Shown here one piece after another: positions 9,161 to 17,784 of a stretch of DNA of 51,736 nt. A program made the position numbers and the translations under genes. The first letter of the stretch is position 1. Every line of letters begins with the position of its first letter. The notes under the pieces are model-generated. The model made no database searches and was not told where the DNA came from. It was given only the letters and a program-made list of their open reading frames with translations. Source of the stretch: a virus. Lineage: Duplodnaviria > Heunggongvirae > Uroviricota > Caudoviricetes. The stretch spans positions 1 through 51,736 of the IMG/VR virus record IMGVR_UViG_2737471852_000002. The stretch is one strand, 5' to 3'.

Positions 9161-9802
9161 GTTATGAAGGAGCTATGAGGTTGATTCCTAGAACTAACCG
9201 AATCAACTATAACCATCACCTCCTAATATTCACGTAGGAAATCGTTAAGGGTTTTATAGTTACACCATGTGACCAACTGCATGAATAGCGTTATATACTC
9301 CTGTATATAGCACTTTTCTAGGAGTCGAGAGAGGAACGACTAACACGATACAGTTTACCCTGAAAAGAGACTTCACAGATTCTCTATATATTTCAATAAG
9401 TTATGCTAAAAAGAGACTATACCGATACTGTATAGAATCTGTGTAAAACTGCTTAGATACTTGGGAAAATGCCTTTAAATTGCATAATCATAGGGGTTGG
9501 AACAAGCCCAACTACACCTGATAAAGCCTGTTATTAACAGGTCTCTTAGAAAACCGAATAGACTTCATTCAAGGGTCATTGAAGTCATAATCATTTCAGT
9601 AGAAAAACCAGGTCTCGATTTTAAATGCAAATAGCAATCATATTCAATAAGGCAAGACGATCAGGATCAGTGAAAATGTCATTTTTGGCGTAATTACCCT
9701 TACTTTATGCATGGCCTCAACAAAGACATCATCTTTCCGTTGCAGATCTTCGCCCTTTCAAATAACGTACTTTACAACTTTCCCGAACAAGGAGTTGTGC
9801 CC

Positions 9803-10099
9803 GTGTTGTATGTTATTTACGCTCAAGACAAAGCTGATAGCCTCGAAAAACGCCTTTCCGTTCGTCCGGCACATTTAGCACGTTTACAGTTACTGCATGA
9901 TGAAGGTCGTTTGTTGACAGCTGGTCCAATGCCAGCGGTAGACAGTAACGATCCAGGGGCTGCGGGATTTACTGGCTCAACCGTTATTGCTGAATTTGAA
10001 TCGCTGGAAGCAGCTCAGGCCTGGGCCGATGCTGACCCGTACGTAGCGGCAGGAGTCTATGAACACGTTTCAGTGAAACCATTTAAGAAAGTGTTCTAA
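9803..10099 (+). CDS. YciI-like (Dabb-fold) small protein
   Basis: about 99 aa from a GTG 8 nt after AAGGAG; [21 protein letters not shown] and C-terminal [17 protein letters not shown] resemble the YciI family; GC content host-like. Confidence 0.5.
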
Positions 10100-10217
10100 T
10101 TTATTAGAAATTTGCACTTAAATCAAAAAGTTACGGACAATTCAACCACCAATCAATAAATTAAAGGGCACATTAAAGTACACAATATTTGTGCCCTTCT
10201 CTGTTTCTTTCCCGTTA

Positions 10218-10766
10218 TCAGCTAGCTGGAAACTTTTTATACAGAGTTGAGAGCCCTACTCCATACGTTTTTGATACGCTTTGTCGTGATTCACCGGTTG
10301 CCATCCGCTCCCCCATTTCCCGCCATTGCTCATCCGTGAACTTAGGCCTGCGACCACCAACTCGCCCTTTTGCCCTGGCTACGGCCAGCCCTGCTAAGGT
10401 ACGTTCGCTATTAAGATCAGATTCATATTGTGCTGCGGAAAGGATGTTACGAAAGTTATAGCGGCCGCTGGCTGTTTTGAGATCCACGCCATCGGTAATA
10501 CTGCGGAAGTTGATACCCTTTTCCTGTAACTGCTGGAACATCAACAGCGCATGCAGAACGTTGCGGCCTATCCTGTCCAGCTTCCAGACCACCAGTTCAT
10601 CCCCCGGCTGCATAGTGGCGATCAGCCGTTTTAGAACCGGCCGATTCGATTTCCTCCCGCTGGCATGCTCTTCAAAAATTTTCTCACAACCCGCTGACTT
10701 GAGCGCCGTTAGTTGCAATTCAGTGTCCTGGTGGTTTGTTGATACTCGGGCATAACCGTAAATCAT
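10218..10766 (-). CDS. pin: Pin/Gin/Hin-family DNA invertase (serine recombinase)
   Basis: MIYGYARVSTNHQD N-terminus, resolvase catalytic domain and C-terminal HTH; AGGAGA RBS; immediately beside the invertible tail-fibre segment. Confidence 0.9.
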   Translation of the reverse strand: MIYGYARVSTNHQDTELQLTALKSAGCEKIFEEHASGRKSNRPVLKRLIATMQPGDELVVWKLDRIGRNVLHALLMFQQLQEKGINFRSITDGVDLKTASGRYNFRNILSAAQYESDLNSERTLAGLAVARAKGRVGGRRPKFTDEQWREMGERMATGESRQSVSKTYGVGLSTLYKKFPAS

Positions 10767-10825
10767 GGGATTTCTCCTGTTATGAAAACAGGAGAAACGG
10801 CGAAGCATCACCAGATTTTTGATGG

Positions 10826-10851
10826 TTATAAAAAAGGTTGGTTTGGGAGAA
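10826..10851. other. 26-bp invertase crossover site (hix/gix-like), left
   Basis: TTATAAAAAAGG-TT-GGTTTGGGAGAA; one half-site is the reverse complement of TTCTCCCAAACC, close to the gix/hix half-sites as I recall them. Confidence 0.7.
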
Positions 10852-11334
10852 GGTTCGGCATTACCCGTTGGCGTGCCTGTTCCGTGGCCTTCCGCCACTC
10901 CGCCAACAGGCTGGCTGAAATGCAACGGGGCGGCTTTTTCTGCTGAAGAATACCCGGAACTGGCAAAGGTTTACCCGACAAATAAATTGCCTGATTTACG
11001 CGGTGAGTTTATTCGTGGCTGGGATGATGGAAGAGGGATTGATACTAACCGTAGCTTGCTTTCGTCACAGGGAGATACCATTCGGAATATAACAGGCTTT
11101 ATAAATGAAGTTAAAGGCACCATTGATACAGCAACTTTCAGGTTACAGACTGGTACTGGTGCTTTTGCCTTAGCATCTCAAGCTACGCGAAATATCTATA
11201 ATAACCTAGGCACATATGAAACAAAAAATACCCCTTACACAGGATTCAGTTTTGATGCATCCAGGGTTGTACCAACAGCATCAGAGAATCGCCCTCGAAA
11301 CATTGCATTTAACTATATCGTGAGAGCAGCATAA
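10852..11334 (+). CDS. alternative tail-fibre C-terminal cassette, currently in the unexpressed orientation
   Basis: begins at the crossover with ...GLGEGSALPVGVPVPWP...GWLKCNGAAFS...YPELAKVYP...DLRGEFIRGWDDGRG, the classic variable C-terminal domain of Mu S / lambda Stf-type fibres; no start codon of its own. Confidence 0.7.
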   Translation, partial: GSALPVGVPVPWPSATPPTGWLKCNGAAFSAEEYPELAKVYPTNKLPDLRGEFIRGWDDGRGIDTNRSLLSSQGDTIRNITGFINEVKGTIDTATFRLQTGTGAFALASQATRNIYNNLGTYETKNTPYTGFSFDASRVVPTASENRPRNIAFNYIVRAA

Positions 11335-11939
11335 TGGATAAAGCAATATTAAATAGTGAGCTTATTGCTACAAAGTCGGGGGATATTACCGTTTATAACT
11401 ATGATAGTGAGACGCAGGAATATATTTCAGCTTCAACTGAATATCTTGCCATTGGTGTCGGTATTCCTGCATATTCCTGTTTAGATGCCCCTGGCACATA
11501 TAAGGTGGGTTATGCTATCTGTCGTTCTGCAAATTTTAACTCATGGGAATATGTGCCAGACCATCGCGGTGAAATCGTCTATAGCACCAAAACTGGAGAG
11601 TCAAAAGAAATCACAGCTCCGGGTGATTACCCTGAAAATACCACAACTATCGCCCCGTTAACACCATACGATAAATGGGATGGTGAGAAATGGGTGACCG
11701 ATACTGAGGCACAGCATAGCGCCGCAGTAGACACGGCAGAAGCACAGCGTCAGTCACTGATTGATGCTGCAATGGCTTCCATCAGTCTGATTCAGCTGAA
11801 ATTACAGGCCGGACGGAAGCTGATGCAGGCAGAAACAACCCGGCTTAACGCCGTGCTGGATTACATTGACGCGGTGACGGCAACAGATACCAGCACCGCG
11901 CCTGATATTATTTGGCCTGCTTTCCCTGAGACTGATTAA
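11334..11939 (+). CDS. tail fibre assembly protein (Tfa/U-type) paired with the alternative cassette
   Basis: 201 aa, ATG overlaps the cassette stop; C-terminal LQAGRKL ... LDYIDAV ... WPAFPE typical of Tfa proteins. Confidence 0.75.
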   Translation: MDKAILNSELIATKSGDITVYNYDSETQEYISASTEYLAIGVGIPAYSCLDAPGTYKVGYAICRSANFNSWEYVPDHRGEIVYSTKTGESKEITAPGDYPENTTTIAPLTPYDKWDGEKWVTDTEAQHSAAVDTAEAQRQSLIDAAMASISLIQLKLQAGRKLMQAETTRLNAVLDYIDAVTATDTSTAPDIIWPAFPETD

Positions 11940-12129
11940 CCTCAATCAATATTGGTTCCCCTTTCTCATTAATTGTTAGCTCCATGCCCTGAGGAATTTC
12001 TGTCATAGTAAAAAACCAGTTGTCCTCTGGTAATTCAATAGCCCCGGTCACATCATGAAGACCGGGGATTACTTCAGTCAAAGTAACTGGATTAAACAGG
12101 CGCACAATAAACCCTCCAGGAAAAAGCAT
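11908..12129 (-). CDS. possible small tail-fibre chaperone for the currently expressed fibre tip
   Basis: 73-86 aa ORF directly after the fibre stop inside the invertible segment; no family recognised. Confidence 0.3.
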   Translation of the reverse strand: MLFPGGFIVRLFNPVTLTEVIPGLHDVTGAIELPEDNWFFTMTEIPQGMELTINEKGEPILIEVNQSQGKQAK

Positions 12130-12883
12130 TTGATGATGGTCTGCCGTCGTACATCTGGCAGCGGGCATAAAAACCGGTATTTGTTACCTGATCATCCACG
12201 ATCATTGAAACGTGAACATTATTAGGTGTGCTCTCGTAATCTGTTCTTATTCTTTCCGCGATACTGATAAAACGTGAAAGTTTAGGCAGTGCAATTGGGT
12301 AAACGACTTTAGCCAGTCCATTATCATTAGACCCACCCGTTCCAAAGACTTCTATTGCACCATCTGACCAGCGAATCCATGCACCATTGGCATTAGCTCC
12401 TCGCTGAATGATATATCTGGCTTCTCCCAAACCAAGGTATGTGAGAATGTCAGCAATAGTATTTTTCCCAATAATGTCACGGCCAACAGAAGTTAAATCA
12501 GTCTGCGCTGCTGTATCATTTCCAGTGAAATATGGGAGTTTATTTGCACCTGTTGCGAGCCCAGCTAATGCCGACAGCGTGGCATCAAGCGCCTGGAAAT
12601 CTTTCCCGAAAGCGGTCCCCATTTTGGATATAAACCCGTTCAGGTCTCCATCATCAAGCACATCCAGCCCGCTTTTGTTGGCGGTGTACTGCGCCAACGC
12701 TGCCGCGATAAAGCTGGCTTGCCGAATAGCTTTGTTGACCTGTGCGCTGGATGCTTTACCTGCCGTAAACCCTGAAAGCAGAGCCGGAAGTGCTTCCCAG
12801 TCAGCTTGTGAGGTGACGTTAGCGTTCGGATCAAGCGCGAAAGGTTTAAAGTTGTTTATTGCCATTAGAGTATTGTCCCCCAT
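12092..12883 (-). CDS. tail fibre protein (constant N-terminal part fused to invertible C-terminal part)
   Basis: the reading frame crosses the right crossover site at ...TYLGLGE; Ala/Gly/Thr-rich fibre-like shaft; start codon uncertain (12883 or a downstream ATG). Confidence 0.7.
   Translation of the reverse strand: MGDNTLMAINNFKPFALDPNANVTSQADWEALPALLSGFTAGKASSAQVNKAIRQASFIAAALAQYTANKSGLDVLDDGDLNGFISKMGTAFGKDFQALDATLSALAGLATGANKLPYFTGNDTAAQTDLTSVGRDIIGKNTIADILTYLGLGEARYIIQRGANANGAWIRWSDGAIEVFGTGGSNDNGLAKVVYPIALPKLSRFISIAERIRTDYESTPNNVHVSMIVDDQVTNTGFYARCQMYDGRPSSNAFSWRVYCAPV
12422..12447. other. 26-bp invertase crossover site (hix/gix-like), right
   Basis: TTCTCCCAAACC-AA-GGTATGTGAGAA, inverted relative to 10826-10851 with complementary core dinucleotides (AA/TT). 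Confidence 0.7.
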
Positions 12884-13545
12884 GCTCCAACATCGAACCC
12901 GCCGATGTATTCGTTATCCATATCAAACCCAAAGAATTTAGAGCCTTCTGACGGTGTTTCTACCGAAGGCGTTTCAACATCACCGGCCCATACGCCAGCT
13001 GATTTAACGGTGAGATAGCCCTGTTTGATAGCGGCGATCAGTTCGAGAGACACATCAGAAATATCAGTTTCAGGGAAAACCCAGACCGAAATCGTCATGT
13101 CCTGGTTGTCGACGATCTGCATCCTCAGGCCTGAGCCTGCGGTAGCAGCGTCAAGGATGGGAGGCAGAGAGTCGTTCCGACCGTCCCAGTTGTTGATAGC
13201 GATTTTCGCTTTCAGAATGATGCGGTACGTCTCATCGCTTAGCGTCGTATAGCCAGAATCAGGATCATATGGCCCTTGCCAGATGCCCTGGTCATACCCA
13301 AGCCCGTCAGTGTCCCAGCTGAAATAAACTCCGCTAATTGGCTGGCTGACTATGCGACTGCGTCCGATCCACAGACCGAGGATGTCGAGCTGTACACCGA
13401 CAGCAGTATCGATATCGAAGGCTGTTATAAGCCCTGACATAGTGCTGGACACATCAATCAGCGGGCGGGTGCTCAGATCTATATGGTCAAAAAAGAGTGG
13501 CTTGGTAGCGTGGTAGTTAGTGATCAGTTCGGTGTATTTGCTCAT
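12865..13545 (-). CDS. baseplate/tail protein (Mu gp48-like position)
   Basis: 226-aa ORF between the baseplate J-like gene and the tail fibre gene. Confidence 0.55.
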   Translation of the reverse strand: MSKYTELITNYHATKPLFFDHIDLSTRPLIDVSSTMSGLITAFDIDTAVGVQLDILGLWIGRSRIVSQPISGVYFSWDTDGLGYDQGIWQGPYDPDSGYTTLSDETYRIILKAKIAINNWDGRNDSLPPILDAATAGSGLRMQIVDNQDMTISVWVFPETDISDVSLELIAAIKQGYLTVKSAGVWAGDVETPSVETPSEGSKFFGFDMDNEYIGGFDVGAWGTIL

Positions 13546-14741
13546 GAGGTCACCGTGATACTGATATTCGCGGTGCTACAGGACGCTGAAGCATCATAGG
13601 CAATATCAATGTTTGATGCCGATACGCTGCCAGACGACTTACCGATCAGCAGGTCGGTAATATCGTAATAGCGGGCATTCCCGCCGCTCACAACGCCGAG
13701 GTTTGCCGGGGAATAAATACGGCTCAGCAGAACGTCGTCGCCAATTGTTAGGCCATTTATATAATCGGCAACAGCCTGTTTAATCTGCTCGCCGATTTGA
13801 GAGGTATAGCCGGTAAAAACTTTCAGGGTAATGGCTACGAAAATTGGCACATCGGTAGAGCGCGAAAAACTGATGACGTGAGGATTACCATAAGTATCCG
13901 GCACTGTGACAGAAGTTTTACCGTAAGTTGCGGTTCCCTGCCCTTTATTCCCCCTGATGGTCTGGGCTATCTCGGTAACATCCCCTCCATCGACGATGGC
14001 GGAAATAGAGTGTGGCGGCAGCCCGTTGCTGTCGGTTGCCCCAGTGTCGTTCTCATATAGTTTGTGACGTGTCACGCCAGCAACATTAGCGATAGCACCG
14101 TCGACACCTTCAAACGGTGTGATCGATGGTAGCGCGACGCTTTGCCCCTGCCGAATGCGCAGCTCTGCGTCGGTTTCGGCTGGTGAACCGACAGTAGCCG
14201 CAACTGGATTGGTTACCGACACCCAACCTCGGGTCGGGGTGTTGATAGTGGTAATAGTCCCGGCCAGCGCCGCAACCGAACCGCTATTCGCACATGTGGC
14301 CGTCACCAGCACAGTACCATCAACGCCGATCGCCACACTCGCTGGAAAATTCCAGATAATGCCGTTTTTATCCCGTGCGGAGCCATTCGTGATAGTCGTG
14401 CCTGCCGTACCGGTTAACAGAAGGTCAGCAGTAGAGTTTGTCGCTACTTTTCGCGTGATCCCGTTAATTTTCACATTGTTGCTAAGCGCTGCGGCCTGCG
14501 CTGTCGTCGGTGAAAAAGAGTTGTAGATCTCGATAGCGGTATTGTTAGCGTCATGCACCGCAAGAGCCACCAGCGCGACCATTTGCCCATCTTTGCTGTC
14601 TGGTTCGAGGTAGGCATCACTACCGTAAATCTGCCTGAAATAGCTGGTCAGTGTATCAAGGATTGTCTGGTAATCAGGCGCACTAATCCCCTGGGCGGTT
14701 ACCGTTGCCGATAGCCCCAGCGTGTCGAGGTTCAAAGCCAT
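13542..14741 (-). CDS. baseplate J-like protein (Mu gp47-like)
   Basis: 399 aa, position and size in a Mu-type baseplate cluster; 4-nt start/stop overlaps with neighbours. Confidence 0.65.
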   Translation of the reverse strand: MALNLDTLGLSATVTAQGISAPDYQTILDTLTSYFRQIYGSDAYLEPDSKDGQMVALVALAVHDANNTAIEIYNSFSPTTAQAAALSNNVKINGITRKVATNSTADLLLTGTAGTTITNGSARDKNGIIWNFPASVAIGVDGTVLVTATCANSGSVAALAGTITTINTPTRGWVSVTNPVAATVGSPAETDAELRIRQGQSVALPSITPFEGVDGAIANVAGVTRHKLYENDTGATDSNGLPPHSISAIVDGGDVTEIAQTIRGNKGQGTATYGKTSVTVPDTYGNPHVISFSRSTDVPIFVAITLKVFTGYTSQIGEQIKQAVADYINGLTIGDDVLLSRIYSPANLGVVSGGNARYYDITDLLIGKSSGSVSASNIDIAYDASASCSTANISITVTS

Positions 14742-15095
14742 TTATGCCTCGCTTGTTACAGTCGTCTGGCCGTAGATTGTGTCAATGGAGGAAGTGAAGG
14801 TGACGCGACGGCTGGTGCCGTCATAATTGGTATCGAAGGAAAGAATCGACAGAACGCCCGGTGTATCCTGTATGCGTTCGCGTATAGCCAGGATGTAGAC
14901 ATCTGATCGCTGCTTCCCAAGCACTGACTGAACATACGGCGTGCCTTCCGTCAGATCGAGAAACCACTGACCGCGCCACAGCTCGAAACGGGTTTTTACG
15001 GCCTGGGCGACACATTCCGGACTGTCGATAAGGAAAGTATCGTCACCCTGGCCGAAAGTGTAATCGCCTTCAGTATCTTCGCGACGGTATCGCAT
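14742..15095 (-). CDS. baseplate protein (gpW / Mu gp46-like)
   Basis: 117-aa ORF immediately upstream of the J-like gene. Confidence 0.55.
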   Translation of the reverse strand: MRYRREDTEGDYTFGQGDDTFLIDSPECVAQAVKTRFELWRGQWFLDLTEGTPYVQSVLGKQRSDVYILAIRERIQDTPGVLSILSFDTNYDGTSRRVTFTSSIDTIYGQTTVTSEA

Positions 15096-15835
15096 TATTG
15101 CGGCCCTCCGGTAGTTCCCCCGCCAGTCTGTACTCCGCCATGTTTATGCGTGGCGACACTGATACCAGAAGCTGTTACGTCATTCGTTACCGTCACCGGC
15201 CCAAGCATCGTCGCAGTACCGCCGCTTTCTCCCATTCCCTGAGACAGGTTACCGTTAATCGTTACGTTGCCGTTCAGCGTGATAGTCGGGGATGTGATTG
15301 TCGTTCCACCCTCAGCCGTAGCCGTAAGCTTGCCCGGCGTTTTAACGGTGATGTTATGCCCTGCTGCGACCTCTACGAACGCCGAGCCATCATCGGTTCG
15401 CAGCTGCGCGGCGCTGGTACTGATACCGCTGATTTTCTGCGCTTGCGACTGCGGGCCAACGATGGCGAACGCATCAGATAAGTCATGCTGGCGCGGGTCG
15501 ACGGTCTCCTGAACGCCGCCGCTCTGCCACCAGAAATCGATGCAACGGTCGGCAAAGATCAGCAGGCACTCGTCGCCTTCTTTTACCGGAAAGGTCAGCG
15601 TGCAACCGCCGCCGCGCGGGAAGATAACCGGCACATCCACCAGCGGTTTTAATTCGGTGGAGCCATCGCCAACAATACCGCGAAGCGCTACCTCTACTGT
15701 GCAGGTAACAGTGTCAGGATCGAACGACTGAATGATGCCGGGCATCGCTACGCGCATCTGGGTAGACACCGAATCGACAATGGCCTGCGCGGTCTGCTGC
15801 TCACCGCCGATCTGTGATTGAGTTGGAATTGGCAT
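15095..15835 (-). CDS. baseplate spike/assembly protein (gpV / Mu gp45-like)
   Basis: 246 aa with Gly/Thr-rich C-terminal repeats (GGTTITSPTITLNGNVTINGN). Confidence 0.55.
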   Translation of the reverse strand: MPIPTQSQIGGEQQTAQAIVDSVSTQMRVAMPGIIQSFDPDTVTCTVEVALRGIVGDGSTELKPLVDVPVIFPRGGGCTLTFPVKEGDECLLIFADRCIDFWWQSGGVQETVDPRQHDLSDAFAIVGPQSQAQKISGISTSAAQLRTDDGSAFVEVAAGHNITVKTPGKLTATAEGGTTITSPTITLNGNVTINGNLSQGMGESGGTATMLGPVTVTNDVTASGISVATHKHGGVQTGGGTTGGPQ

Positions 15836-15845
15836 AAAACCCCCA

Positions 15846-15870
15846 TAAAAAAACCAGCCGAAGCTGGTTT
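15846..15870 (-). terminator. intrinsic terminator (stem ccagc/gctgg with flanking A and T runs)
   Basis: aaaaaaaccagccgaagctggttt; the U-run is strongest on the minus strand. Confidence 0.5.
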
Positions 15871-16057
15871 GGTATCAATTATCTCTTAGTAACTAAGCCA
15901 CATCAGTGTGAAGTAAGGCTTTTCCGCTGCAATGGCACACATTCACAAGGTGTATTAGGATATGTTTGCAACAAGTAAGCATTGAAAATCAATTTCAGCC
16001 ATGAAGCCGCCATAGAGTGGACCTGCACCATCGCATTATTGACTACAGGAGTAACAA

Positions 16058-16348
16058 ATGGGATTTAGATTTCGTAAAAGAATCCGGATTGCGCCCGGAC
16101 TCGCGATCAACATTAGTAAAAGCGGAGTAAGCACTTCAATTGGTGGTAAAGGTTCCACCATTAACATCGGAAAAAAAGGCGTAAAGATGACAAATGGCCT
16201 TCCCGGCACGGGGCTGTCGCATACCACTAACCTTTACTCTCCCGGGAAATCGACAGAAAAAAAACAACTTACTCATAAGCAAAAAATAATTAGAAACATC
16301 CTGTTCGTAATTATTGTGTTTATTATAATTAAAGCTCAATATTTTTGA
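16058..16348 (+). CDS. small membrane-anchored protein (moron), N-terminal domain resembling the family I recall as DUF4236
   Basis: 96 aa; MGFRFRKRIRIAPGLAINISKSGVSTSIGGKGSTINIGKKG then a C-terminal hydrophobic helix; AGGAG RBS; opposite strand to the tail genes. Confidence 0.45.
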   Translation: MGFRFRKRIRIAPGLAINISKSGVSTSIGGKGSTINIGKKGVKMTNGLPGTGLSHTTNLYSPGKSTEKKQLTHKQKIIRNILFVIIVFIIIKAQYF

Positions 16349-16354
16349 CGCATG

Positions 16355-16385
16355 CCCGCCTATCTGGCGGGCTATTTTACTTTTC
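16355..16385 (+). terminator. intrinsic terminator
   Basis: gcccgcc-tatct-ggcgggc followed by tattttacttttc. Confidence 0.6.
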
Positions 16386-16707
16386 GGCAGTCGTATGTTG
16401 CATACTGACGCGGCGAATCCATGCTGGCTTGCAGCCACTGAGCATTCAGGATTGCTTTACCATTACGGCCAATAAACTCCATTCCTACCCATCGCCCTGG
16501 TTGATTGGTCGCTAAGCGCCATTCAATTTTGACGTTGTTATAATCACCGTCATTTTTAAGAAATGTCACTTTTTGCGATTCAGGTTTAGCTCCGTTTACG
16601 CGAGCGAAACCATCATCAGCCCAATGGATTTTGAAATCACCACACTGAGAATCAGCAATAGCTTGGAAAGAAAATAATGCTGCAATGATAAAAATTACGA
16701 GTTTCAC
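16372..16707 (-). CDS. small secreted protein (moron) with signal peptide
   Basis: 111 aa from GTG at 16707 (GAGG RBS); KLVIFIIAALFSFQAIA then DSQCGDF...; inserted between baseplate hub and spike genes. Confidence 0.45.
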   Translation of the reverse strand: MKLVIFIIAALFSFQAIADSQCGDFKIHWADDGFARVNGAKPESQKVTFLKNDGDYNNVKIEWRLATNQPGRWVGMEFIGRNGKAILNAQWLQASMDSPRQYATYDCRKVK

Positions 16708-16717
16708 GTCCCGTACC

Positions 16718-17782
16718 TCAGTAGTTTGTTTTTTGCATAGCACCAGCATTAACTAAATCACGACTGCCACGCGCAAAACACATCAAATCCATGTACCACG
16801 CCTGACCTCTGGTGTCGCCAGTATAGTCGATAGCTTTGACGATATAAACGCCATCTGTCGCAATGCTGGCAGCCTGTGACGTTGTGCCGGTCAGTGCGCG
16901 GTTGCCGTTCTCTTCCGTTTCAGTGATACGACCGGGCGACTGTGCGATTTCGCTATTGCCGAGCGCGGCGCGGTACACCGAAGCCTGATCGAGCTGGATA
17001 AGACCATTAATGCGGATGTTTGGGTTTATCAGGCACCGCACGTTTACGCCGCCGCCCATTGTCTGTTGCGGCATACCGATCAGGCCAGTATTGGCATTCA
17101 ACACAATGGCTTCGTGAATATATTTATCCTCCGGCACCATCTGGACCTGACCATCCACCAGTTGCCATGTCGCTTTGCACTGCGCAGCAATATTATCCAT
17201 CACGTTGCGGCTGGATGAGTAAATCGCGCGGCCACGAGGAAACACGGTATCAGGAAAATCGCCGGTAATGCCCTGTGTCACGCCGAACGCGTTGAAATCC
17301 TGCATCGTCGCCCGGTGCAGATCCGCAACGGTATAGCCAGCGGCAAGCGTGGTGATGGTGGTCGCATAGAGGAACGCTTCGTGATCACCAATGGCCTGAA
17401 TCAACACCCAGGAATCCGTAATGTTGTCCTTCCCGGTGACGGTGAAGCGAATATCACCGTCAAAAATCAGGCCGTAGTTCTGACCGTTCACCTGCCCTAT
17501 CTGGTCTGGTGAAATCTCCCGGGACACACCAACCTGGCTCGCATCAACATCCGGCACTATACCGTCATACCCGGCAATGATGCGAATTTTGGCAAACTCC
17601 TGCCCAAGTATCTTGTTCGTGGTATCGGTCGAAAGGTTGTAAATTTTCACGTTCGCCACGCGTGGCCAGCGTGTGTCTGCCCACTCGATCTGGAACGTGA
17701 CCTTAAAGTCAGACAGGGAAACGCCCTGCCCGTTCTGGTCCAACAGTTGCAGCTCAAAATGGCGCATCCAGTTAAGAGACAT
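16718..17782 (-). CDS. baseplate hub protein (Mu gp44 / gpP-like)
   Basis: 354 aa at the hub position of the Mu-type tail cluster. Confidence 0.55.
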   Translation of the reverse strand: MSLNWMRHFELQLLDQNGQGVSLSDFKVTFQIEWADTRWPRVANVKIYNLSTDTTNKILGQEFAKIRIIAGYDGIVPDVDASQVGVSREISPDQIGQVNGQNYGLIFDGDIRFTVTGKDNITDSWVLIQAIGDHEAFLYATTITTLAAGYTVADLHRATMQDFNAFGVTQGITGDFPDTVFPRGRAIYSSSRNVMDNIAAQCKATWQLVDGQVQMVPEDKYIHEAIVLNANTGLIGMPQQTMGGGVNVRCLINPNIRINGLIQLDQASVYRAALGNSEIAQSPGRITETEENGNRALTGTTSQAASIATDGVYIVKAIDYTGDTRGQAWYMDLMCFARGSRDLVNAGAMQKTNY

Positions 17783-17784
17783 TT

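Noticed and set aside
9707-9802. Longer N-terminal extension of the YciI-like ORF starting at 9707
   Set aside because: The upstream 32 codons have no RBS and start within AT-rich intergenic sequence, whereas a GTG at 9803 is preceded by AAGGAG at correct spacing and gives a protein of the family-typical length of about 99 aa.
14119-15731. Several + strand ORFs (for example 14119-14526, 15098-15481, 15267-15512, 15540-15731) inside the baseplate genes
   Set aside because: Antisense shadow ORFs within GC-rich coding sequence, with Arg/Ser/Ala-rich translations characteristic of wrong-frame reading.
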